NCBI GenBank assembly: GCA_047495785.1
Contig: JBLDXI010000013.1
Location: 124,001-188,000, forward strand
Reading direction: 5' to 3'
Source: Lepidodermella squamata
Lineage: Eukaryota; Animalia; Gastrotricha
DNA: 64,000 bases
Shown: one piece after another, positions 1 through 11,313 of the stretch
How positions within the stretch are numbered: position 1 is the stretch's first letter
How the letters are laid out: each line of letters starts with the position of its first letter
Program-made: the position numbers and the translations under genes
Notes under the pieces: generated by a model
Database searches by the model: none
What the model was told of the DNA's origin: nothing
Seen by the model: only the letters and a program-made list of their open reading frames with translations

Positions 1-805
1 ATAGATATATTTAATACATATCAACACGCTGTAATAACTTACTGTCTTATTATTGTCTTGAAATGTCTTACGTCATGTTACATGAAACAAATTCTTGGGA
101 CGATTTTATCGTGAAAAGTCTATTGTAGAAAAATAAAGGATGAATTTTGAGTTTATCAAACAAGCTGGCTTTTGTTCTGCGTACCAGTTGTGGTAGTTGT
201 TCCAGACATTTCTGTATTGAAAGTTGTGAAAGAATAGACATGAAATCGAAATTTCTGGGGGCTGAAAAACGCTTGGTTTGTGTTCAGGTGCACACCAAAC
301 TGGAAAGGTTTAGAGCCAGCAATTCGACCGGTCAGGGAACTGGTCGAGTTTCAGATTTTCTTCAATTCTGAGCATTCATAGACCCTAGTGTCTGATGTTT
401 GTCCGTTGGTCCTGAAACGCTTTTCTCTCCGAGATAATTGTGAAACGACTGTTTCTTGATTCAGAAACGTGAGCATTTTAGACATTAAATGTATTGAGGC
501 TCGCAGAATACAGCGTCTCAGTCGAAAACTTTAAAATCACCTGCCCGTTTGCGGAGCCAGGCGTAACCCGGTTTTCTCCGGGTCTATCAGACATTTTTAC
601 CTGGTGAAATGACTTTTGAAACGCGATGCCGCGATTCTCAAGTCAAATGTCTAGGCAGACCAGGAAATATCAGCAGTTTTTCATATACCATGACTGTGAT
701 ACGTCGACTTTGCAACAAGACGTGAAAATTTATTATTGTACCAGAGAACATTCAGCAGTGAAAAAAATATATCATGCAGATAATACTTGAAATATTGTCT
801 TCTGG

Positions 806-3804
806 TCATATCTCATACGAAGTCGTATTGCTTTGTTGGGCAACCATCTCTCGGCCTTTCTCATAAGCCAGCTGCAGTTTTTGGAATGTCCTCATGAGAG
901 TTTCTCCGCGCTCGCCGCCGCCGAATTCCGACTTCAATTGTTCAAGTCGACGCTGCTCGTTACGAAGGCGAAATCTAAACGATACAAAATAAGCATTAAA
1001 TATGTGACAATAAAACCAGCTGTTAAATGGGAAAGGAACAACTGAGAAATAGGATTCGCTCAATGGGCTGATGGTAAAGGTGTGAATTTCACCTATCGAA
1101 TTGACTTGCAATAGCCGTAGGTGGCCTATCACTACATAAATAACTCAAAGTTTTACTACAGTCGAATAATAAAAACGATTTCGCCATAAAACACAAAATA
1201 AACAATACAGTGGGTAGCTTCGAAGTAGTGAACTTACTGCTTAGATTGAGATTCCCTGTTTAGATTCAATTAATTCAATAAGTGTTAGATAGTAACCTGA
1301 AAATCAATTACGCAAGTATGTGAAACTTCTTAGACGAAAGCAAAATACGTTCAACTATATTGAATTCAATCTATTAAGCCGTTAGACCCAGTTATTCAGG
1401 CGAAAAACTAGAAGCAAGGTAAACAATATCGGCAGATCATTTCATCGGCTCATTGCGCTACATGGTTTTATTTTTGCGTTTACCTGTACAGCACAGCCGA
1501 CGATCTAAAATTATTGAAATATTCAGGCATTGGCATAACTGGATGGACATGCATTACACTTCCGCATCGTATGGTTTTGCAATAGAATATTTTCCCCAGT
1601 AGCAAATCACTTTTTTAGCCTGGAGGCACTTCCTCTTGCTAAAATTTTCGCCTCGATTGTACATTTTTCCCTGCTGGTAAATTGGGGCCACTATTTTCTT
1701 GGATTCAGAGTTTACGAATCGCCAATTCAGTTCAATACAGTCTTTTTCGACTAAAAAAAATTGGCGTATAATTTTTCACCGTCTAAAATAATAGGTACTT
1801 GTTTCCTAAAGACAAGTTAAAGCTGTAGCTAAAAGAGTGATCTGCTCAAGTTTCATCCCATTAAGGCGCCATTAAAAAAGCTCCAAAAAAGTCCACACAA
1901 AACTTACTTGGAGTTAGACGTAAATACGTAAGTCGGAGCATTTGAGCGATGGTGTGATGAGGAAATGGCCGTAGTTGGACGAGAGGATGCAACCTGGCTC
2001 AAAATTAATTCGTTTAAAATTACAGCAAGTAAAAAAACAGCTTGCTATAGTTTTACGGCTTACAACAACGGATTATCACTAAGTGAATATTTTAGTTTGA
2101 ATTTACGCTAAGCGCTACTCATGCGGTGCAAATCTATCATCTCAGCGTAGTTAAGACTCACCTTTCGAGTTTGCTACAATAGGGAAATTAATGGCATAAA
2201 ATATAGGTTCTGTATGACCGTTCTGTAAGCTTTTTGATATTCGTCGTTGCTGCGGCTAAAAGTCTCATCTCCAAGTGTTAACTAATTAATATTGAGAGAA
2301 ATCGCAAAAACAGCTTCATTTTCAAGAAATTTCGGAAAATGTCTCCGAGGCGTATTTAGGAGTAGTGAAACCCGGTGGATCGAATGTTGCCTGCCATTTC
2401 CCTATTGCTAATATATAACGATACACGTTCGTTATAACGAGTGGAGAGTGGGTCATATTGAAATCATTCTAAAAACATAATTTTGTAAGCAACATCGGCG
2501 CGTTGTTTTCAATGGCACTAATGGTATGCTGGCTGTAGACAACTTACAGCTTCATCTAATTAAGTATCGCATGTGCACCCTAATATCAACAATGTCAGGC
2601 TCGTTGATGCAGAAAACTTATTGTGACAAATTACACTTATAACACTGACGTGACAATTTCAATATTCAAAGCGCAGAGTTTTTGTGGTACGTGGCAATTT
2701 CACATGATTTTAATTTTCGGCAGGACGAAAAATTGTAGTGATGTTTGGCATTTCTATATCAGGAGAGTTATGCAATCAATCAACAAATGAATGTTGCACA
2801 AACAAAGGGACCAAAAACGCAATAGGCGAATGCTAAATATATTTATTGGGACAATTATTTAACCTATTGAACATGAAAGTAATGAACATACAGATGCGTC
2901 GTCATCAGCGTGTGCCGATAGCTGCTGTTTTGTTTTGAAAATCTCCGGTATCCTTCCGTTTAGCTTTATCGAACTCAGCTCTTCTTCCCTTTAGGGGTAT
3001 GATTTCAATTTACGAGTTAGGTACGAGAAACTGAAAATACGAACAAAGCTAGGCGAATTCGTCGATTCTGCTTGATTGTTTCATACGATGGAAACATTTC
3101 GTTTCCCGTCAGTGGTGGACGTTTATCAGGAGGGTTTAATTGACGCACGCTTACATAAGGCACCAGCACTCCATGACCGTTCGGGCAATTGAAGTATGAT
3201 TTGTTATTAAATGTACCATTTGTTGCATTAACTAAAAACAGACCAGTGGGAGTTTCAGAATACGATCAATGTAAAAGGCAGCTCACTGTTGTCGTCGAGT
3301 TTTACGCCCACCCACGTTTTAGGTGCCACCTCGTCTTCATTGAGTATCCCCACAAACTTGACCACTCCTGGATTACAAATTATAATTTACATTCACTGTA
3401 TGTACCGGAATATAAGTGAGGACCTAATTTAGAGGAAACGACTATTATTCATGTGATGCCTATGGTTTGTACTAGGCGAAGAAAATGCTGCGGAAAGTTT
3501 AAATAGGGAAAAAATAGAACGGAGTACACCGGTAAATAACGTATATAACAAATCTGAAAGAATACCTTTATGCTCGCCGTCGACAACAACTCTGTCACCA
3601 ACTTTTATTATTCCCTTCTGACGAAATAACGAGGAGGTAGCAACTGATCGCTCCAAGGGGCCACTGTTGGCAAAATTCTGCAATGGACCAAACGTATTTT
3701 GCCAAAATTTACGGCAAAAAACACATTTGCAGTAGAAGGCATCCTGTGAACATAATATTCCAGGTTATTGGAAGTTATTTTAATCAATATAATAAGCACC
3801 TCAT
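806..3804 (-). CDS. CAP-Gly domain protein, about 312 aa, 16 coding exons, many of them micro-exons
   Basis: Phase-consistent GT-AG model: 3804-3800, 3743-3725, 3677-3566, 3423-3406, 3367-3287, 3231-3045, 2988-2892, 2555-2548, 2401-2372, 2255-2219, 2173-2162, 1993-1908, 1504-1484, 1255-1238, 1131-1093, 974-806 (939 nt). Spliced N-half reads IKVGDRVVVDG..GVVKFVG..TWVGVKLDD..NGTFNNKSYFNCPNGHGVLV, the CAP-Gly pattern. The start codon and the 2892/2555 join are the least certain parts. Confidence 0.75.
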
Positions 3805-4173
3805 GGCCCTGATAGGCACTTTGAAATGTAGGCAAATCTATCGACATGGAGTAACTGCTTCGAACTAAGAAATAATCAGGGCTATTTTACGCAACAGATA
3901 AGCTTCAAGGGCCAGTACAATATTTATTTGCAAATGATGTTTTAGAACTTCTAAACCGACTTCAAAATGGTAAAAATGTAGGTTAAAGCTATGATCAAAA
4001 TTGAGATATTCCGCTGTTTTTTTCACGTGAAAAACGGCTGATTTACCGGTTTTCATGGGTTTCACCTTTCAAAATACGTTGCTAGAGACATTTGTTTTTT
4101 CATATTATCGATTTTTATTTTTCAATATATTTAAAAAAAAAATGTGATGTTTGCATGAGTTTTGTTTGAAAGA

Positions 4174-4413
4174 CTATTGAAATTCTTGCCCGCGAAATAA
4201 TCTGTCTGTCGTCAGCAGCAGGATGATTTTGCGGAGTTTTGCGTTACTTCTTGGAGCTCGAAGTGGGAAGTGGGAAGTGGGAGGAAAGATGTCAAGAATG
4301 GGAGCTGGTAGCATAGCCAGCAGGATGGCCCAAGTTACCGACTGGAATAGGTACTGGATGGTTAGAAATCTCCGGTATAATCGCAATTTAGCCATCGCTA
4401 ACATGTCTAACAC
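4174..4413 (-). mobile_element. possible degraded 3' end of a LINE ORF2
   Basis: ORF LRLYRRFL...P..LDIFP...LRAPRS loosely resembles the C-terminal tail of CR1/L2-type ORF2; it is intergenic with no clear splice structure. Confidence 0.25.
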
Positions 4414-4655
4414 GCTAACATAAAACGTTGCAATTGAACAAACTACACGTCTTCTTCCAATCCTACAATGTGCAGCTTTCTGGTCACCCAGAATTGATGA
4501 GAAATTATTCTAATTGAAAGTGTTTCATTCTATTTCATTCTCCAATTTTAGGAAACCCCAAACTTGACCATAACCAGGCGCACATGCTCCGCTCGCATGG
4601 TAATGGTGCTTGTGACTTCAACCTCCGACGTGTATTGCTTATTTATTAAAGCTTA

Positions 4656-4674
4656 CCTAACCCTAACCCTAACC
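4656..4674. repeat. short interstitial (CCCTAA)n telomere-type repeat
   Basis: cctaaccctaaccctaacc, located in the divergent intergenic region upstream of VAC14. Confidence 0.6.
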
Positions 4675-4820
4675 AGTTAACCAAACCACAAACCCGTACC
4701 AATAGTGCAAGAATGCCGTTCTTTGATGGCCTATTTGTCGTTTTTTATTTTGCCGCACTGAGCTTTATTCATATTTTTTCTGTGCGAAACGCTACTTATC
4801 GTTCGTTGTTGTTGGATTAG

Positions 4821-7538
4821 ATGGAATCATCATCAATTAATCCTAATGTATTGAAGGGTCTCGGCGAAAGCAAGTATGAAAAGCGGAAAGGAGCTGCATT
4901 AGATCTCGAGCGTTATATACGAGAGCTTGTATCTGCCAATAACAGTCCCCAAGTTACCGCTGTCGTTCAAAGTCTCGTTGATGGTTATATAAATAACGCC
5001 AATGCTACTATGAAAGCTGGCGGTCTGATGGGATTAGCTGCCGTCTCTATCGCCCTTGGCCAAACAGTTACGTTTCTCGAGTACCCACGTCTTTTAAGCC
5101 CAAATTTTTGTTTGTTAGCACATCACAGATCACTTAGAGCCGCTATTACTACCAGTTCTTGGCTGTTTGGAACATCAGAATAACCAAGTGCGTTATGCTG
5201 CTTGTGAAGCTTTATTCAACGTTTGCAAAGTTTCTCGCGGACAATTGCTCCCGTACTTTGAGAAGCTTTTTCATGGCGCCGCAAAGGTTCGTGATTCCGC
5301 CTGATTTGCTGTAAATAGTTGAAGAATGAAACCGTGCTAATTCCAGTTGGCCACAGATCAAGACCAAGCTGTTCGAAACGGCGGAGATGTGTTTAATAAT
5401 CTACTCAAGGCCATTATAACAGAAGCACCCCCTGGTCAGTTCGACTACAACAGCTGCGTTACTTTGCTGCGACATTATTCTGGCACCACCAGCGCCTTTG
5501 GACGCCATTTCATTATTGGTTGGATAATGACTCTTGATGGCAAGCAAGACTTTTCTGTTCTGCGTCAGCTTCCTGATTTCTTATTTCGCCTGTTCGAGTA
5601 TTTGGGCGACAAACAGGGAACTGTGGTTATAGCGTAAGCTATGATCCAAGGGCCAATCTTTTTCACTGTTATTTATATTTAGAGCTGACAACTGCCTCGC
5701 TTCGATGTTGAAAAGACTTGGCGAAAATGCCGACGGTCTTGATTTACTAGCTATCGCTAATACAGTTATTGCCAATTGTGGCCACGAAGATAGACGAATT
5801 CAATCAGTTGCCATGAATTGGTTGGCAAACGTTATTGAATTAGCGCCGAACGCGATCATTCGCGTATTATCAGGTGCTCTCCGGGTCGTTCTTACCGCCA
5901 TGTCCTATGATTTGAACAAAGATCAAGCTATTGTTGGAAGAGCTCTAACTATCAACTCTAATTTATCGGTCCTGATCACGTAAATTTCTGCATCACTGCT
6001 TTGAATTAATTTTCATTTCATGCCCATGTAATAGATCTGATCTTGACGGTAACACAGATTCAATAGATTTATCATCTATCATAGCGGTAAGAAACAGCTT
6101 GAACCGTGTGAATATTTCATGCTTATGAATAATTCAGGTTTTGACTGACCTGATTCGCAACCCGAATTCTGCTGTACCAACGCGAATTGAAACTGTCAGA
6201 TGGGTGCAAACATTTTTCACTCGGCTGCCAAGATCTATGCATGCTTTTGTTATGGATCTGTTTCCGGTGTTGGTGAATACGCTTGTCGATGCCGACGAAA
6301 GAGTCTGTTCTTATGGGTCACGTGGCATTTTTTGTGCAAATCTAGTTGTATTTAGGTTGTGATGATTTCGCTTCAAGTGCTAGTGGATATTTGTGGGCGT
6401 ATTTCTGATAACAAAATATCACCAGTTGCTGACGACAAAAGCTCTCTCTCTGCTCTTCTTATCGCCAGTGTATTGGGGTTGTTGAAGTCTGGCTCTATCA
6501 ACGAAGATCGCTTTGTTGTTATTATTCGTCAGTGGTCTGTCCTTTCACCGTCAGCCGACGTTGTTTTCGGCGGTTTCTCAGATTACCTTATTGAAACGTA
6601 CCAGCGAAGGCATACTGTAACAGAAAGTGAATCAGGGGATGGCGAGGCGGTGCATTCATCCGGCCAATTGACTTCAACAGAGCGAGATTTTGCCGTCCGG
6701 ACGGTTCGAATTTTGAATCGGGTTCTTTTCTACGCCCCGGAAGTCTTGCTGCTAAGGCAGAAGTTAATCAAGTTAGATCCGTCGAGATATATTTATTTGC
6801 AAATCTCGATTCGACTCGTTTTGTTTTCAGGGGTATGGATTCAAGTGATGATATCTTCCCGCGATTGTTTAGAGCTTGGGCTCATTGCGCTGCCTCAGCT
6901 CTGGCTTTAGCTTTGTTTTGCAAGCGTTATCATTTAGCAAGTGCTTTGGTTCAATCGACAGTCAGCCTCCCTGTTACGGTTGACTTGCTTTTCGAGTTGG
7001 ACAAAGTTGTGCAGTTCCTCGAATCGCCTTTGTTCTCTTGTAGGTTTTGAAGTCAAAACTGCTGATTTGAAATTATTGACTTGTTCTATTATTATTCCTA
7101 ATGTCAATAAAAATTAAAGGCACGCGCCTCCATCTGCTCGATCCCCAGTTTCGGATGCCACTTGAACGCTGCCTCTATGGAATTTTGATGCTTCTTCCGC
7201 AATCAACGGCTTTCCACGCTTTGCACCAGCGTTTGTCGACTTTGCCGCCTGCCATCGCTCTGAAAGACTCGTCATCAGTTTCATCTGCCGAGACTACCGA
7301 ATGTGCCACCTTACTGGCGCATTTTAATAGCGTTCAGGCCGCTTATGAGCGCGCTTACCGACGTGAGCAAATCTCGCTGATTCAATCGATGCCTGTGTCG
7401 AATTTCATGCCTCACTCGACGGGCACTGGCAGTCCTGACTTGCAGTTGCAGCTTCAGCCACAGCAACAGCCAGTTCAGCCGCAGATGAACGGCAACGCCT
7501 TATCAGCAACGCCAACTAGTCGACGGCAACAGCCGTAA
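4821..7538 (+). CDS. VAC14: VAC14 (PIKfyve/Fab1 complex HEAT-repeat scaffold), multi-exon
   Basis: YEKRKGAALDLE, GGLMGLAAVSIALG, VRYAACEALFNVCKV and the C-terminal DKVVQFLESPLF..RLHLLDP..LYGILMLLPQSTAF match VAC14. Introns are short GT-AG (e.g. 5067-5118). Confidence 0.95.
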
Positions 7539-7718
7539 AAGTATTACAGCCATGTTAATGGAACCAATTACGCGCCTCCGAAATCACGCTTTCTATTTCA
7601 CAAGAACTTGCTATTATTTACGTATAATTTATTTAAAAATGATTTCAGCTTCGATTCATCGATTTTGTTCAACACCATGCATTTTTTTATTCTTGATAGA
7701 TTCCTTACATAAAATGCA

Positions 7719-10276
7719 ATGGACGGTGAAATCTGGGTCATATTTTTGCTTTTACTGAGTCCGTGTCTAAATGCGCAATGCTCATCACTTAGCTACGACG
7801 AATTATTCTTGAACGCCGGCGTATGTTTGGTAAGTATCAGTTGGAAATTGCATATCTGAAATTGAAAATAACCGATTTTAACCACAGGCGAACCTTCGTA
7901 GTGATAGCATTCCAGCCGATGATAGTATTGCTGCGAATGCCAGCTCAAGTACTGGTACTCCGACGACCGAAGCGCCGACATCAGGAGCCCCTGAATTGGC
8001 GACGTTCGATGAATGGAAACAAAAAATTCTTTCTTCAGAAAATAGTAATTAATCTTGCTCGTTAGAAACTTGGTGTCTTAATGCCGTTAACTTCGCTAGG
8101 CTCCGAACAAGTCAATGTGATTGCTAAACCTCCCGCTGCACCATCGGCGAATAAAAAAGCGCCATTGAATTTTGCGAGCGTCGATTGCGGCGCTCGTGTC
8201 GTGGGCCATAATTCAGAGAGCACCAATGTCCAAACAATCCTCACCGAGTCAACGGACGAATACCTTAATAATCCGTGTAGCGCCCCGCGAAAGTTCTTCG
8301 TGGTTGAGCTATGCGATTCCGTCTCAATTTCTGAAATTGAGATAGGCAATCTGGAGCTCTTCTCCTCTCTGCCGAAAATATACAACATTAGCATTAGTGA
8401 TAGGTAAGAAAGTTTTGTTTTACCTCGACGACGTTCTAAAAACTTTTTGTTTTGCAGATATCCTTCAAAAGAATGGGTTCACCTTGGCAAATTTTATGCT
8501 CGGGAGGAACGCCAGCTCAGTTCTTTCAAAACCATAGATTTCATTGCATCAAATGGTATTGTAAAGCCCCTCATGTATGCAAAATTTGTCAAAGTAGAGA
8601 TTCTCGAGCATTACGGTTCGGAGCACTATTGCCCTATTACAATTATTCGCGTGTTTGGCTCGGCACTGCTGGACGACGATGATGATGACGATAACGATCC
8701 AGCTACGCCAAATGCCGACTCTCAAGCTGCCTCCGACAGTCTCGCGGAAACGGCTGATGGAAACAAACCACCAAACACACTGTTTGACGCTGCGAAGAAG
8801 ACATTTCGCGACCTTTTTCAGGTCGTCCTGCCACACCCGCCTGCGACATCGTCGAACGGCAGTGTCGTGCAAACCCAAAATACGTCGGTGAACACTGATA
8901 ATGTGGACCCCATGCTGACGGTTGACGTCTTATTACCTCTTCCTCTTTTTGAGCCATGCATTAGTTGCTCGATCAAATCACGACCGCAGGACAATCTATG
9001 CCACGCGTCGAGTCTTTGCATTTTCTACCGGATTTCAACAAATCGCAATGACTGGCTGGCTCAGTATTACGGATCGTTGAGCAAGAAACTCGTCGCCGCT
9101 GTTAAGCCTGGCGTAAATGAGGCTCAGAAAAATGTCACAGATGCCAAATTAAACGGAACAGCAAAGCAAATTCCTGCGGCGCCTGTGGTTCCGCAGAAAG
9201 ACGTCCCAATATCGGAAACATCTAACGAAAGCGTGGAACCGGGCGTGGCACCTCCGAAAGTGGCGATCCCATCACAACCAGCTAGTGAAACCGCCACACC
9301 GGCTGTAGTCGATCCAATGCAAGGCAGGGTCGACAAGCCAAGTGCAGCCGCGATTTCTGCCGAACAGGCCATTGTTGATGGGCTAATGGCCTCAGTTAAC
9401 AATCTGGCAGATGCCGAGGATCCTTCAGAGGCTTCGAACGGCAGACGAGGAGGTAAGCCGTCAGGTCATTTGGGAAAAAACGAACGCCGTTCACCTGCCT
9501 TGTCGGCATCAGCTTCAAGCAAACAACTTTTGGTGCGTTTTGTAAGCCGAGTGCGAGAGCTCGAAGTCAATTTGACTTTGACCAACCGCTACCTTGAGGA
9601 ACTGAGTCTCAATTACCGCAAGCGGCTAGATGAGCTGAAAGTAAAAGTCGACGCTTTGGTTAATGTTACTACGTCGCAAGCGGCTGAGATTGAGCGCCTC
9701 AGCAGCTTACTCAATTCAACGAACCGCTTTTATGAACACGCGCTGAATTCACACAGCGCGCATATTATATACATAGCGGTTCCATTTGCGACTTTACTGG
9801 TCGCAGTCATCTGCTTCTTTTTCCTTGCATTCCTTTGCGTTTACCGATCACGCCCCCGACAGCCTGCTCCCCAGCCTCCTCCTGTTAATGGGAATGTCAT
9901 TAAATCGAACGTGAATTACGCTGCTGATCGATCTCCGTCATCGGTGCTAAACAACTCTTTATCTATGGCAACCAGCTCACCGGGATCTATTGGCTCGGCA
10001 ACGCCTCCTCGTCGTGTTTCTGACATCGCTGCCTCGGTGAGGATAGTACCCCCTGACAGCGGCATAAGTGGTTGCTTGAGCTTACCACCTGCGACTCCGC
10101 TGGTTGTGCCGACCAACCTATCTCAATCGTTTCTCATCTCTCCGATTGAAAAGCAAAATGGACGTCATCGCAAGCGACATCGAAACCACAATAAGCATAA
10201 CGGAAGTCACGACGGCAGCAGTAACGGCAGCGCCAAATCACTTTCACCGCACAGTCGGCTGCCTGCCGAAAAGTGA
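7719..10276 (+). CDS. SUCO: SUN domain-containing ossification factor (SUCO/SLP1-like)
   Basis: Signal peptide MDGEIWVIFLLLLSP; TFDEWK; SUN domain NFASVDCGARV..YLNNPC..FFVVELC..NLELFSS..HYGSEHYCPITIIRVFG; coiled coil LEVNLTLTNRYLEELS; then a TM helix. Confidence 0.92.
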
Positions 10277-11313
10277 AAGCCGTATTTTTGTTTCTTCTCT
10301 ATTTTAAATTATTCAATATACTTCTTCTTACGATTGAAACTTATCAAACTACTTGTTGCGTCGTATTGTAAAAACCGTATATTTTTTGACTCAGACAAAT
10401 CGCCGGGTGCTTATGCGCACTTTTGTACCGATTAGCATTTTCGCTTGAAAATCTTTCTTCTTGAAATATTTACCGAAAACTAGTGATAGAAATCTCCGCC
10501 AACAACTTTCGAATAAACGCGTCGCGCTTGTTGTGCTTCGATTCATCTTGTTATGTGCCGCATTTTTGACGGAAGCCAAGTTACTTTTCTACCTTGCATT
10601 TTCTTTGGCGGAGATCCTTCGACGAGCTATTAACGAGCGAACCTGATAACATGAACTGGGAATGACGAAATTCGCTCATGAAAACCGTATTTATGATGAT
10701 TGTTAATGTTAACTAATGATATGCATTGCTGTCAACGATTGCAGTGCGTCTACTGCTGTTCAAGCAGGAATTGGTTCGAAATATTATCTTGCTTCTTTTT
10801 TGTAAGCTAACTGACTGTAAAGTGCTATGCAGGCGTTCGAGTCAGATAGGCCCAAGGGTCAGATGTCTTTTCTATTCGTGATTTACTTCGGATATGTGTC
10901 AAAACCTGAAGCGTTATGATAATAATTGCTATTAGCCAAGTTATTTGGATTCTGACCTGGTGGGTTTCAGTGTGTGCGTTTCAATGCAAGCAAAATAAAA
11001 CTGATCTCGTTCTTCTCTGCTAATATTCCAATATATCTGATGTTCGGAAACTTTAGGGATTAACCTCTCATTTGACCGCACGCAGTCAATCAATTGGTTG
11101 GAAAACGAGAGGGGCCGGTGCAACCATTTCCGAAATTGTAAATTTCATCGGCGTGAATCATCTATAAATTGCGAATACTTGTGAGCTCAAAGCAAACACT
11201 TTGACACGATCAGACGGCTGCGACAGTCCTAGTAAGATGATAACATTTCTTTTATTTTCAATAATCGACTTGTCCAATAATTATTTGATGTAGAATGCCG
11301 ACTGATTCAGCCA

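Noticed and set aside
1631-1639. Extra 9-nt micro-exon (ag|CAAGAGGAA|gtgcct, minus strand)
   Set aside because: Weak donor, and it lies inside the 1601-1846 folded domain.
4656-4674. Telomerase RNA template or chromosome end
   Set aside because: Only three repeat units, internal, with no supporting structure recognised.
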